The notes: a model not told the origin generated them from the sequence alone. Counted from the first letter of the whole stretch, positions 28,357 to 41,011 are shown. The stretch: 63,422 nucleotides of DNA, filler included, from Blastocystis sp. subtype 4 (GCF_000743755.1; 7 parts of 7 records of this genome joined end to end with filler, not necessarily neighbours in it), one strand, 5' to 3'. A program made the numbers and translations.

Positions 28357-28919
28357 TATCCACAAGTCAACGATTTGAAGTATATTGAAAATAGGTTCTT
28401 TGAGAGAATGTTCTGAACAACAAGCACAATGTCAGTCACAGGAATTGTTTCTCTCTTGATCTCAATACCATATCTAATGAATACGATGATTCCTTTAGAT
28501 GTAATGAATATCTCTTTATTATTGAACACGGATAGGATGAGCTACTAGTCATTCAACTATGCGGAAAGAAACATCCTTTTCTCCAAATGCACTAATTGTA
28601 CTGAACGAAATAACGTGATCATTCATTTTCAAGTAGATATAGATCTGTGATATAACCGATATACAATTGGATGAACGAATTTGCTTGAATTGATTGGTAT
28701 TTGTTCTCATGTCTTCTTAGTGTCCAGAACGCGATATCACAGCTACATTATATTCAAAATAGAGAATTTGCAAACATCTACCTACAGAATCCACTCAGAG
28801 GTTACACTCACCATTTCATCCTCTATTGTCACCTAAACAGTATAGATATACATGACTCTATCGAATATTCCACAAATCGAAGATGGAAACGAGATGTACA
28901 AGGTCATTCTTTTTCTCAA

Positions 28920-29638
28920 ATGGCTGCTTCTTTTCTCTTTTTGACGATTCTGTCCCTTGCTCTGAGTCTTCCTGCTAAGAATGCTCCTTTTACTGTGGAT
29001 TCCTATTTTGTTGGTTCCTGGGCCATTTCTAGCAGTGTTGTTCCTTCAAATGGCGGAGAGATTGTAGAGAATTCTGAGAAGTACATGTACAACATAACCA
29101 AAACCGAGGATAACGTGCTGGCTATTAACTATGTCGATATAGCAACAAACATGATTGTGGAGAAATCTTCTCTCGTGTGTGAACTTCAGTCGAATACTAG
29201 TTGTGTTATGAAGCATTCTTCGGAGGATGCTCAGATGATGACTATTAGTTTCCAGCCTATTGCTTCTAAGGATGTTTATGTATTTGTTTTGCATATAGTA
29301 TTATGTGTAGATCTCGTTCGGAGTAGATCCTCACAATGCCGAAGCATCCTATGAGATTTCCACAGTTAGTCATAACCGCTTCATTGTGAAGGTACTGGCA
29401 AAGGGATCAGAATCGATGACCGTATATACTGCAGAGCGAATTATCGTTGCTCCTCAACTTACCTTCTTCCAGAAGTACGGTAATCTGATTTTGATGGGAG
29501 TGATGATGGTTGTCCAAGTGAATATTGTTGTTTGTAGTTATTCGTAGTTCGCCACTACTAAGATGCGTATGAACCAGCAACAGCCTGCTGAAGAGGGAGA
29601 GGAGAAGAAGGAGGAGTCGGATAAGCCAAAGTCTGAAT
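28920..29638 (+). CDS. Uncharacterised signal-peptide/single-TM protein, predicted to end in KPKSE (ER-retrieval-like); stop probably created by poly(A)
   Basis: MAASFLFLTILSLALS signal; ...EEKKEESDKPKSE followed by T-ATCC-TGTTTTCA. Confidence 0.55.
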
Positions 29639-29685
29639 ATCCTGTTTTCATCAAACACATTCGAATCTGAAGTAGTATATCGTAA

Positions 29686-29998
29686 CTAAATGTACGTACT
29701 TGATGACTCTTTCTTCGGATCTTCATCAAGCAACTTGGCATAATTCTTTCCTGTTTCAAAATCAAATCGAATGGATAGACCCTAACTGTAATTTCCACAT
29801 AGTCTAGAATACAGGAGGGATAGATTGACCTTCCTTCACTTCTTGCCACTCATGGGTTGGAATAAACGGAGGAACAGAATCTGAAGACGATCGATGATCC
29901 GATTTCTCGTCTTCATCCTCATCGTCAATTGAGTTCCAGAGAATCATGATTCCACCAACAAAGCAAGCCAGTAGAATCAACCAGTAGTCTCTCTTCAT
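29686..29998 (-). CDS. Small membrane-anchored protein carrying only a SIL1 N-terminal-like motif
   Basis: MKRDYWLILLACFVGGIMILW...FIPTHEWQEVKEGQSIPP|GLSIRFDFETGKNYAKL. Confidence 0.6.
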
Positions 29999-30034
29999 GT
30001 ATTCGTAAGCAAGGGAATGAATAACAAACAACAG

Positions 30035-30588
30035 AATACCTTCGATTGTGAGAATCACGATAATAATCGTGATCACACTGATGGTTCAGGTTCCGTCGAT
30101 TTTCTTGTTCTCTCATATACTCATGATACTCTGCCTTATCCTTTTCAGAAACGTTTCTTTGGAAGAAGTTAACGATTTTATCGGCGCACACCTCACCAAA
30201 ATCCAAGTATCCTAGTCTGTTATCAAGAATAATCAATCTAACGATACAAATAGGATCTCCATCGAGGATCACTTAATCGGTCAACATATTGGCGCATGCT
30301 ATTCATCAAAACAACCTCATTTCGTTACTCGAATCCAGAAACGCGTCTAATTCCAGCAAAGCCTGTTGTAAAAACTAAGAGATCTACGAGTTACTCCACA
30401 GATCATAATATACCCAAAGAACAGTTGATGATGGTTCCTACAATGAATGTACGCTTTTGAACAGTAGGAATTGAGGAATTCGTGTACCGGAAGGTACTAT
30501 GAACGTTTCCAAGGAGAACTGGAGATGCTCTCGCTAGTTGGTATGAAGCTGTTGGAATAACAGATGTAGCAACTCTGGAAAGAGCCAT
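30035..30588 (-). CDS. Mitofissin (Atg44/Mdi1, former DUF1748)-like protein with N-terminal presequence-like extension; 3 introns; stop created by poly(A)
   Basis: Spliced core FIVGTIINCSLDLLVFTTGFAGIRRVSGF...WRSYLYRYLDFGEVCADKIV resembles yeast Atg44 (recalled). Confidence 0.7.
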
Positions 30589-30672
30589 TTCAATAACTAG
30601 AATACTTAGTGATTGTAACAAAGAATAGATCCGTTTTTATTCTTAACCAATCAAAGGAAAGCTTACTGGATT

Positions 30673-31765
30673 CTAACAAAGACGATGCCCCATTCCCTTA
30701 AAGTGCTCATTTCTATCTGATTCCGTAAATCTAGTTTCAATTGGTTTGGAGACATTAACTTCCCCTGTTGGTGGAGAAAGACGCCTGAACGCAGAATTTG
30801 TTGAATTTACTGACGAAGGAGATGTCGTAGAGCGCAATGAATGTCCCTTACCCTCAAAATAATTCTTGGATCCTGCAAACTTCGTTTTGATCGACGACTT
30901 TGAAGGTTGCTCCGTAGGAGTCTCTACATTGTTTTTTATGGATACAGATCCCTCCATTGCAGATGTTGGAATGACTGGCTTGGTCTTTTCCCTATCTTGT
31001 CATCCAACCGCCTTTCTTACAAGTCCTTATATTCGATATCTACTTCAACATCACATTCCACAATATCCACAACCACATCCGGCTTGCAATCCACAATGTC
31101 AATAATGTATTCTTTGCCAAGATGTTCAATATGAATTCGATCCTTCCGTGCCATTACAGAAAACGACTTTAGTTTGTTTTCAAGACTAGGATTACAACAC
31201 TGTTCTACAACTACATTGCTCGAGGATTACTCAGATTGTTAAACGATGGATCACGAAATCGTAGCTTTACAAAGGATGCTTTTCGCAGATTGATGTTTCG
31301 GATCGTAATTAGATCCCCTGGCATTGCACCAAGCTTCTTCATAATCTTCAATCTTAATGTACAATTATTCATACCCATCGAGGCACATAACACATCCCCC
31401 GTTCGGCAGAAAATTCTTTTACACTACAATATGTAGAGTTCATTTCATGAATGATTTTAAACATTAAAGGAAACTTCGCTCGTGTTCCATCTAAAGATCA
31501 TTCACTTTTCACTATTATTTACTGATGCGCATAATAGCATCTTCAGGAAGTAGAACTATTTATTAGAATGACGAATCTATCAACTCACTTTTGTCTCCGT
31601 ATTCTAGTTCCGGATTCCTTGTTGCAATAGGATATACTCGGAGATTTGATGAATATAACCTACATTTCACATCCGGAACAGGTTTCTACTCATCAGTTGG
31701 AAAAAACTGTTGAAAAATGTCCAAACCAAACTATAAATCCTATCAGTAGCGAAATTACATACCAT
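30673..31765 (-). CDS. UFD1: UFD1-like ubiquitin fusion degradation protein
   Basis: ELEYGDK..LLPED; LRKASFVKLR; YIIDIVDCKPDVVVDIVECDVEVDIE; SHP-box-like FEGKGHSL and FKGMGHRL. Confidence 0.75.
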
Positions 31766-32038
31766 TTGGATAATCTATAACTGAAAGTGAGTTTCGTGTT
31801 GTTCCCGAAACCTTTCCAATGTTATTATTTGTCGAATTCGAGTTGTATGGAATTATTACTAATTGGGAATAGAGATGGAAAGAAAGAAGGATCGAGAGTT
31901 AAATGTTTCAATGGACTTTAGACCGTGTATTGAACATTCTTGCAGGCTTTTATCAACTTCTCATATAGGATAGTGGACAAAGACGTTTGTTCACGGGGAT
32001 TGCTTGATTCTGCCGAGATTCATATTTCTCTCTCCACA

Positions 32039-32401
32039 ATGTCTGCTTATGCATATTTGATGAATTTGGGGCCTGCTTTGACATCCAAGGCGGCTTCCCA
32101 GAAAGCTGTTCTTTTGTATAAGGCTGCTGTGAAACAGTTACCGAAAATCTTGTCAACATATCAAATGAACATTTCATTGCCTGAAGCAAAGAAATTTATT
32201 CGTGACAAGTTCTATGCGAATGCAGACGTTCGAGATCCAAGAGTTGCTGAGATTCTTGTGTACCGTGGAGCTATGGAGTTGGACGAAATTGTGAATCAGT
32301 TCCCTCATGAAGATCAACTGCGTTCTTACTTTGATGGAGAACCTGTTCGTGAGCGAGACAAGTTTATGGCTCAGAAACCTGATTTTGAGCCTACTATATA
32401 A
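32039..32401 (+). CDS. NDUFA6: Complex I LYR-family accessory subunit NDUFA6/B14
   Basis: LLYKAAVKQLPKILSTYQM...IRDKFYANADVRDPRVAEILVYRGAMELDE. Confidence 0.8.
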   Translation: MSAYAYLMNLGPALTSKAASQKAVLLYKAAVKQLPKILSTYQMNISLPEAKKFIRDKFYANADVRDPRVAEILVYRGAMELDEIVNQFPHEDQLRSYFDGEPVRERDKFMAQKPDFEPTI

Positions 32402-32452
32402 TTGTTTCTTTACTTTGTTTGTTCATCAAATCAACAAGTCGAAAAGAGAAAA

Positions 32453-34337
32453 TTAATTGTCATGTTGTTGCAGAATGTTCATAGTCTCATTCACCCTGTT
32501 CATCGCATCAATGAAGACACTGCTACTTGTATCGAGACTTGAATCTTTCCTATTACTGCCATGAGACTTTGTATCAGATAACGGAGATGAAACACGCTGA
32601 ATTGGAGTCGCATTGATAGATGGAAATGAGCCTGAATGATGCGGTGTAGATTTCGGTGTCTCCTTTGGAGAGGGAGTATTGTCTGGAGTACCATGAGATT
32701 TAGACCTGGAAGTATTGAGAGTGTGGAGGTTATCGGGAACATCAGGTGTAGTCAAGTCCTTAGAAACATTCACAGGAGGAACATTTTTTGATTCATTCGA
32801 AGTATTCGGTACCATAGGTTCTGTAGGCATAGGAGTCCCAGCAGTACTGAACATGGCTTCTGAAGCATTTGATACACCCTTCTTTCCTTTCCGAAGGCGT
32901 TCTCGCAAGGCGGACAGTTCCAGCATTGATCGTGTTCGTTCTGTTGATAGCATTGAGTTCATTTCATGTAATAATCGTGTTTTCTCCTCCACCTCACCAC
33001 GTAACTTCCCTGTTTCACGGATATACTGAGCTTGTTCATTCTGAAGACTTCGCAAATGACGATCTAAGTCCTCTTGAATGTTACGTAGACGCATCACTTC
33101 CTGTTTCTGCGTCTCAGTCTACTCTCAACTCTCCTTCTCATTCCTACTTCAGCTTGTAATCGTTCTCGGATAGTTCGGTCATTCAACTGTTCTACAAGAA
33201 GCGTGTCATAAGCCTTCCGTTTCTCTTCTAACTCTCGATATGTTGATTGTTCCAGTTTCTCACTCTCTTCTAACTGTTTTTGTAAGGCTTCCTTCTCACT
33301 GCTCTCAGTCTACACATCAATTCTTCCTTTCTTGCCTACTCGAAGTCGTTGCTGCAAATCATCCACTGTTCGTTGTAAAGAAGTGACACGAGACTGAAAC
33401 TGTACTGATAGATTCCTCTCTCGTTTGAGTGATAACTCTAATGACTGCGATGTCTGCTTTTCCAGCTTCAGCAACTCCGTCATACGGCTCACTTCCTCTG
33501 ATAAACGACTCACTTCTAGCTTCTCATAACGACTACTCTCCTCCAACAGTCGACACTGTTGTTGAGATTCTGAAAGTTTGGTTGAAAGACTATTCTCACG
33601 CTCCTTCAATTCACGACATTCATTCTCAGAAGTTGCAAGTTGTTTCTGTACAGATCGATAGAGTTGCTGGATTTCTTTGATTTGAAGCTAAGATTAATCA
33701 ATTATGAAAGATCTACTTGACCATCTTGAATGGAGGCTCTTTCTGCTAATAATGTCATAGACTGAGACCGAAGAGAAGCGTAGTCCCTTTGCAACGACTG
33801 ATAGCGGGTTGTCAAATCTGTGTGATTCTGTTCAAGAAGCGTCAAACGTGATCGAAGTGATTCTTTCTCTTTCTACAATGAATATAATAGAATTCACAAA
33901 CTTCGATAGTTTCATTCTCCATTGTGAGGGTATGAACGGTTTCCACGTAATCATCCATGGGAATCTATTCATAACTCCTTGAATATTGTTCAACAGGAGT
34001 ATCAGTTCGTTTCTCTTGTTGAGATGTTAGTCGGTATTCTGTTTGGAGCGCGATTATATCCTTCCTTAACTAAGATAAATAACCAAACTCTGTATCCTAC
34101 CTTCTGATTCTCTTCCTCTAACGACTTCTTCTCTTTTTGTAAATCATCGAACTCTTTAGCTGATCCTGGGGATTTTGCTGTTATTTATGATATAATCCAA
34201 CAAACCCCACTCCCATTACATAACTCAAGTTTCAATTTCTGAATATCACTTAGCATATGAGTGATCAGCGATAGGGAATCTTTATCAAATGACTATCCAT
34301 GAACACAAAATCATATAACAAACTTCATAATATCCAT
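32453..34337 (-). CDS. Long coiled-coil protein with Ser/Thr/Pro-rich tail
   Basis: Heptad E/K/R/L-rich exons linked by ~30-nt introns. Confidence 0.6.
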
Positions 34338-34640
34338 TTTGTTTTAATATGATCTGGGTTGATGATAATAAGTCCATAAAATACTTGGTAATGGTCATTT
34401 TCAATATTTCGAATAGTTGGTACTTTTTCTGGAATAACTCAAAACAGGAGTATTTTTCATGTTCATGATATTATTATCCACTTTCTTGTATACCAAACAA
34501 CGAATTGACTCCATCTAGAGATAGATAGATAGGAGAGAACGTATTCCTCAAAAGTGGAAAAGTAGAAATGGGGTTTTTGAAACTATTTATTACGCATCAA
34601 GAAGTGTATCGACAACATAGTAATTGCGAATCACTTAGAG

Positions 34641-35902
34641 ATGCAACCAAGGTCCGAATCTTGTGAAGTACGAAGTCAGTCGATGAGTTCTGCCAGATCG
34701 CTTCATTCGGTGAGCATATCACAGGAAGAGGTAGTTTAGAGAATGGATGCATTCTCAATAGGATAACGAGTCAACAGAAAGAAGGAAGGAACCTTCTCCT
34801 TCACCTGAACTATCTATTCATCTTGAAGAGCCTGGAGAACAATCGGGAATTATTCAAACCGTTGTTCACTTTCTAACAACACATACAGCATATGACGCTC
34901 TTCCAGCTAGTGGAAAAGTTTCTGTCTTTAATGCAAACATGCCAATATGTTTGGCATTCGAATGCTTGCGTAGTCAGGGTATACTTCGGTTGTCAAGATA
35001 ATTGTTAGAAGTGGCTGAGGCTATTATTTGGAATCATGAGAGAAACTGCTATATTGGGATATTTAATAGTAGTGATCTCATCAAAGCAGTTCTTATGCAA
35101 ATCAATATGCATCGTCACAATCCCGCTAGTGTCGATGATATTCTTTTAATCAATATCAACACATATCGAGGTAGCATCGATTGGATTGTCTTATTTACAG
35201 AATTCCAACTAAAGAATGAGTCAAAGCAAAGACTCTTAGATTGTCAGCCTGATACAAGTTTGATGGAGATATTACGGATAATGTCACAATATCGCATTCG
35301 ACGATTGCCTGTGATTGATGTATATATTCTCTTCTTTTGTGAGTTAGAATGATCAAGCACTGGGGATTCTGACATACAGTACAATTCTCTATCATCTAGT
35401 AACATCTTTTGATAAATCTGCCCCCATCTACAGAAAGACACTTCGAGAGTTGAATCTGGGTCTTTATAAGGATGTGATATCGTGTCCTTCATCCACGTCG
35501 ATTGCTCAAGGCAAATGATGTATGTCAATCTAATTGGTAGCACTATTTATGTTAGAAAGCAAGAATATCTCATCAATCCTGGTAACAAACGAAGAAGGAC
35601 GAATGACCACAATATTCCAAAGAAGTGACATTTTCAAATTGGATATTATGGATATAAATCTGTTTGAGAAGCCACTATCAGCAATCCCAGAACTGGTTGA
35701 GGTTGTTAGAGGGCATGATTTGTAGAATCAAAAAGTGCCACATGTGTTGTGTTGTAAGCAGGATGATAATCTACAGTATGTGTTTGAGACATTTGCATCA
35801 ACACAGCTACGGTTGTTAGTGATTGTGGATGATCATGATATGCCAATTGGAATCATTTCGTTGGTAGACCTTCTTAACTATTTCCTCACATACATCTTGT
35901 GA
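34641..35902 (+). CDS. CBS-domain protein, AMPK gamma/SNF4-like
   Basis: HTAYDALPASGKVSVFN; YRIRRLPVID; GIISLVDLLNYF. Confidence 0.8.
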
Positions 35903-35976
35903 ATTTGTAACATTTTTCCCTTTTGAGTGTTTGTTGAGAATACCAGGGTGATGAGTTGTTGCTCCTACAAACAGGA

Positions 35977-36361
35977 CTAATAGAGAAGAGGTTTCGTCGT
36001 CTTACTGTTCACATACTCAATACCACGAATGAAATCTGGTGTCTCTCCATAAAGAATATCTGTCAACAATTCAGACTCAGCAGGAGGTGACTCTTTCAGA
36101 CAATCAGTCACCCATCCCTTCACTTGCTTCTTTATGTCATTCTGGAAGTCCTATCCATCATAACTCTCTCTCAAATCCACCTTCCATTGTTTCTCATCCA
36201 TGATTCCATTCTGGACAAGAACATGTCCAATGTAGTTCACACTATCTCGAGTCTGACGCGACATTGAATGACCATGATAACGATACGTCTTCAACTACGT
36301 CTCAGTTCATTCTCACAAACTCTACCTCAAGGAAGATAGGTCCTTCACCTCGAGCACATAT
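35977..36361 (-). CDS. PDA1: Pyruvate dehydrogenase E1 alpha, 3' part (apparent in-frame ~15-aa deletion)
   Basis: GEGPIFLE|LKTYRYHGHSMS...RDSV...ELLTDILY...IRG. Confidence 0.85.
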
Positions 36362-36461
36362 NNNNNNNNNNNNNNNNNNNNNNNNNNNNNNNNNNNNNNN
36401 NNNNNTTAATTAATTAANNNNNNNNNNNNNNNNNNNNNNNNNNNNNNNNNNNNNNNNNNNN
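36362..36461. other. Artificial contig linker
   Basis: N-TTAATTAATTAA-N. Confidence 0.98.
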
Positions 36462-38792
36462 CTCAAATAGAGAATCATACCAACCATAAGGAAGATTAGT
36501 GACAGTGAATACAGTATCAACATATGAAATGCCTTTAGGAGCATATCGATTGATACACATCGAGTCATCTATTTCCCAAATAGGCTTTCTTTCAACATCC
36601 AATACACAATGTTTAACACGATATCCAATATACTTGAAAGGACACTTCTCAATCTGATTGTCTCCAACACGAATCTCCTTTCCCCAGCTTCCTTTACACA
36701 TTCGATTTGAACGAACATAGAACTGGATTCTATCAATTCGTATGGATTCACTATTGTTGTAACCCTTATAGAATACGAAACGGAAACCATCATATGCACG
36801 AGATGGAGTGAAATCCACTTTGTAGTGATTCTGCATATACAAGAATGTATCATCCTGAACATGTACCAAATCATCTGCTTGAACAATCACATAACTTTCA
36901 TTCTTATCAGGTACTGTCACTAACCCTTGAATCATGAAATCAACTGGATAGGGAGCTGAATACACAAAGAAAGATATCTGATTGATCCAACTCTGATCTC
37001 CATTAGTAAACAAATATGTCAGATTCACAGGAACTGCAATACTCTTCCAGTTTGAGTATCCTCCTATGAATGCATTCTTGGCTGCATATGCTGAATTTGT
37101 TTGTAAAGGTTGATCACTAGCAATACCATCATAATCACGTAGAAGAATCTCTGCTGGAACAGTCTTCAATTTCAAATCAAAATCAATCATATCTGTTGGT
37201 GAGGTTGATGATGTTCGTGTCAAACACACACATATCACATTTGTTCCTTTCGATATCATATCTGAAGGAACTGTTGTTCGAATTGAAGTCAGATTTCGAG
37301 AAGCCATATCAACATCTGATATCTGAACACCATTCAAGAATACAGTCACTCGATCATGACCTTTGATTGTTACATGAACAATAGATACTTGAGAGATATC
37401 ATCGACAGAGAATTGTTTTCGGAAATACACAGTAGAATGAGAGAATGATCCCCAACTTCCTGTTTTTCCTTCTTTCCAATTCTTATCACGATACTTCTTC
37501 ATATTCCAATTCTTATCAGGATTATCACTTATCAAATACTTGAGACTACTTCCAAAAGGAATATCATCACCCAAAGTAATCATTTGTACTTGAGAATCTC
37601 CCTTCACATTCCATATCATCATATCATTGACATCATCATATTCATCGAGGAAGTACATTTCATATTCTCCTGAATCTTCACCTCTTGTTACATTGACATA
37701 GTATCTTCCAGGATCCAAACATAGGGCTTTCTTATACTCACCATTCATCCAATCCGTGAATACAAGATTCTGATTGATATCATAGATATAGATATAATCG
37801 AATTTTCCATTAGGACGACTGATATGAAGATAAGAAAGCTGAGAAGGACATTGATTAATGTAGAACTTCAACACAACCTCAGAACTGCCTTTCTCATTCG
37901 ATGCTCTCATTGTGAAAGTGTGTACTCCGTATGGTAACTGTCCTCTTAGTTCCTGATCAATATCATCCCATTGTATATCTGAACTAGATGGTTCAATGAT
38001 AACTGGATAGTAATGATCTGAGATAGGAATCGAAAGCGCGAAATAGTTCTTAGCCAAGCCTACCATATACTCTGGAGCAGTGATCACAGGAACTCCTGAA
38101 GAATGATAAGAGAGTGTGCTCTGGGATGACTCATGTGCGTTCACAACAGCTCGCATCAGAAGGAGCTCATCTTCACCATAAATAGCAACTGTACACCCAT
38201 TAGTTATAGCATAGGGACAACACGTAGTAACATCCATATCATCTTCATACAAACACAAATCTCTAGGGACCCAAACAGTCACATTCCGAAGAAAGGTGGA
38301 GTGATAATTGATTGTCAGAAATGGAGTTCCTACATGGTTGACATGATAATAGAAACCAGAGGGACAAGTAATCACATCCAAACTGAACGAAGCACTAACA
38401 ACCACTGTTGATTCCTGTGAGATATTGTATGCTTTCACCTCTTGGATACTTTGTGGATATCCACTAATCGTCAGAGCACTTGAATCAAATTCTATTCCCC
38501 TAGGAAGGGCTGGAGTAATATGCCATTTTCCACCTGGTACAGTACTTGATACATGGTAAACAACATAATCGTCTCCTGCAATGAAGTGGAGTTGAGTAGT
38601 CACTTGACCCTTATCGTCAGTGATGGTTATCGATTCATCATTAGAAGCTAAAGGTCAATCGAACCTAGAAAGACTACTTCGTAAAACCGAATCTGCATTC
38701 GCAACAACAAGCAGAAACAAGTAACCTACAATATTACCACCTGGAAACCATGTCTTACGTAGCAGTATGAGGAGTGGATGGTAGAAAGACAT
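36462..38792 (-). CDS. Secreted/surface protein of the same modular family as 3333-8218 (3'-truncated)
   Basis: Signal-like start; ITPALPRGIEF...ISGYP; W...GKTGSWGSF...VYFRKQF...VFLNG; FTPSRAYDGFRF; CPFKYIGYRVKHC. Confidence 0.72.
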
Positions 38793-39031
38793 CGAAATGG
38801 TTAAGTACTAACATTACAATAATTCCGCGGGGATCCGTCATTACTTGTTTCTAGTGTTTCCACAGTTTCCCTATAGAAAGTATGTCAATTCCATTATACT
38901 CCCAGTTGTAACAAATAACAATCAGGTTGGATTAATCCATATAACCAAAATAGGGAGAATATTGCTTTTCCATTTCTGTAATAATTATGCAATGACAAAA
39001 AATTAGCATATTTGTCATCTCTAATTCTGTA

Positions 39032-40973
39032 ATGTCTACAAAGGATTTGGCCTTACGAATTGTCAAGGACCAATTTGGAATTCTTGCAGAAGTACTATTA
39101 GTGCGGTTTGCCTGATCTCTAGGAAGTATGTCGGTTTGTCTCGAACAGAGGTCACCCAAGTTTTCCAGAGATTACAAAAGATGCAAAGGAAGTCTTTAAT
39201 GAGAAAGTGAATGAGATGAAAGTGAGTTTCGCGAAAACGTGGTCTCTGATCCATAGATTTCTGCTTGTGTTCTCTCCCTTTGCCTTCATTCAATTCTGGT
39301 TCCGATTATCCCCAGTCTTGATTGTAAGAAGATCATTTCGACTCGTTATTCTGTATCATTAATGATTGCTCTTCACTTTTAGTTTGATGCCAAAGCAGCA
39401 TTGTATCGTCTTCGCTTGGGCGCTTGCATTCAGTATATCAAAGAAGAAATAGGAGATGAGGTCTTTTAGTGTAATGGAAATGATTATTAGTGTGCAAGTA
39501 TTGCAACAGAACTCAGTATTCGAGGAGCGGCCACCATCGAAGATGTCATAACAAGTGTTCAAGAATCGTATCCAGACATCTACACAAGAGCATCTCTTTC
39601 CCGAGCAGCCGATATTCTTATCATGCGTCATCTTGTATGTCAGAAAACAGACATAGCAACCTATGCTTCTCAACAAAACTCCACTCCATCCTCTGATACT
39701 CCTCGTCGTGTTTCATCTTCGCGAGGTCGTGGTCGTGGTCGAGGTCGAGGCCGAGGTCGAGGCCGTTCTGTGGGAGCAGGTGAAGGTGATCGTGAAATAG
39801 ATTTAGATATTGCAGCAGAGAAGAAGAGAGCTCGTAGTTTGGGTGATCAGATTCTGGAAATGCAGGCAAAGAAAGCAAAAATGGAGTAAGAATGATCAAT
39901 TGATATGATAATTAGCGAGGAAGTTAAGAAAGCGAAAGAGGAAGCTAGTGAAATGTCCGCAGTAGAAGCCGAGCGTTCATTGAAATTATTCTGTTTGAAT
40001 TTGGAACAATACACATGCATCATGAGAGATGAGACAATTATTCGCTTTGTGAGTGAACGTGTATGAGAATAGTATGGAATTCAGGATAGTTCAATCCGAC
40101 CACTGCAAAGGTGATGGCTACGATTCTATCGATGAATGGAATGACCAAATCTGCCAGAGTTGAAAAAGGTGGTGTCTTCAGTGGTCATCAAATCTATGCA
40201 CGATTGGAGGATAAGTCTGCAATGACATGGTCTTTGTTTCTTCGTCATTTGAAAGTACTCTCTTCTGATCAGTTGAGTTGCTTGACAGTGGTAAATCGTG
40301 GAATTGAGGATATGATGAATAGGTAACAGCTTGTAATTCAGCCATTGATGCAACAGGTGGAGAATACAGACTGAACTATCGAGGTGTGATTTCTCGAATT
40401 GTAGAAGATACAGTAGCATGCTTCATTGATGTCGATATGAGAGAGTGAGATAATCCTTAGAAACGCTATACATATCTGTGTTCATCAATATTTAGAGCTT
40501 TATTGAAGCATAAGAAGTTAGAAGAACAACAAGTGGCAATGTTATGTTTACTACCTGAGAAAGAGTGTCGAACTGTAGTTGAAGTGTTCTAACATTATTT
40601 GTAGTCATTGTTTTCGTTATTAAGTGAACGGCTGATTCGTTCTCAAGAAGTGCCTCGGAAACCTGATCGAAATACACAGTCTACAATATATCTGTTTACA
40701 GCTGATTTGGAATATTCTGTGAATGCTATGATCGATTTTATTTATGTGATTATCCTGAATCTTCGTTCACGTCAGAAAGATGTTGTTATGAAGAAAGCTG
40801 TCGTTTTGGATTCGGATACTTATGTGTAGACGCTGTATGAAGTTCAACGACGTGGTAATCTGAGCGATAAGCAGAAAGAACAGATGAATCGGATGGAGAA
40901 TGGTCTTCGATGCATGGATATGTCAATTTTGAAGCTAGACCAGACTCTAGCTATTCTACGAGATATGTATTAG
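39032..40973 (+). CDS. POLR3C: RNA polymerase III subunit RPC3 (POLR3C/RPC82), with an RG-repeat insert
   Basis: MSTKDLALRIVKDQFGILAEEVCRFV; QEVPRKPDRNTQSTIYLF; LKLDQTLAIL. Confidence 0.75.
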
Positions 40974-41011
40974 TCTTTTGATGTGTTTGTTGTTCATCCG
41001 CATTCATTCTT

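Noticed and set aside
39722..39766. (GGTCGN)n hexamer tandem repeat
   Set aside because: Encodes an RGRGRG tract within POLR3C; not a separate element
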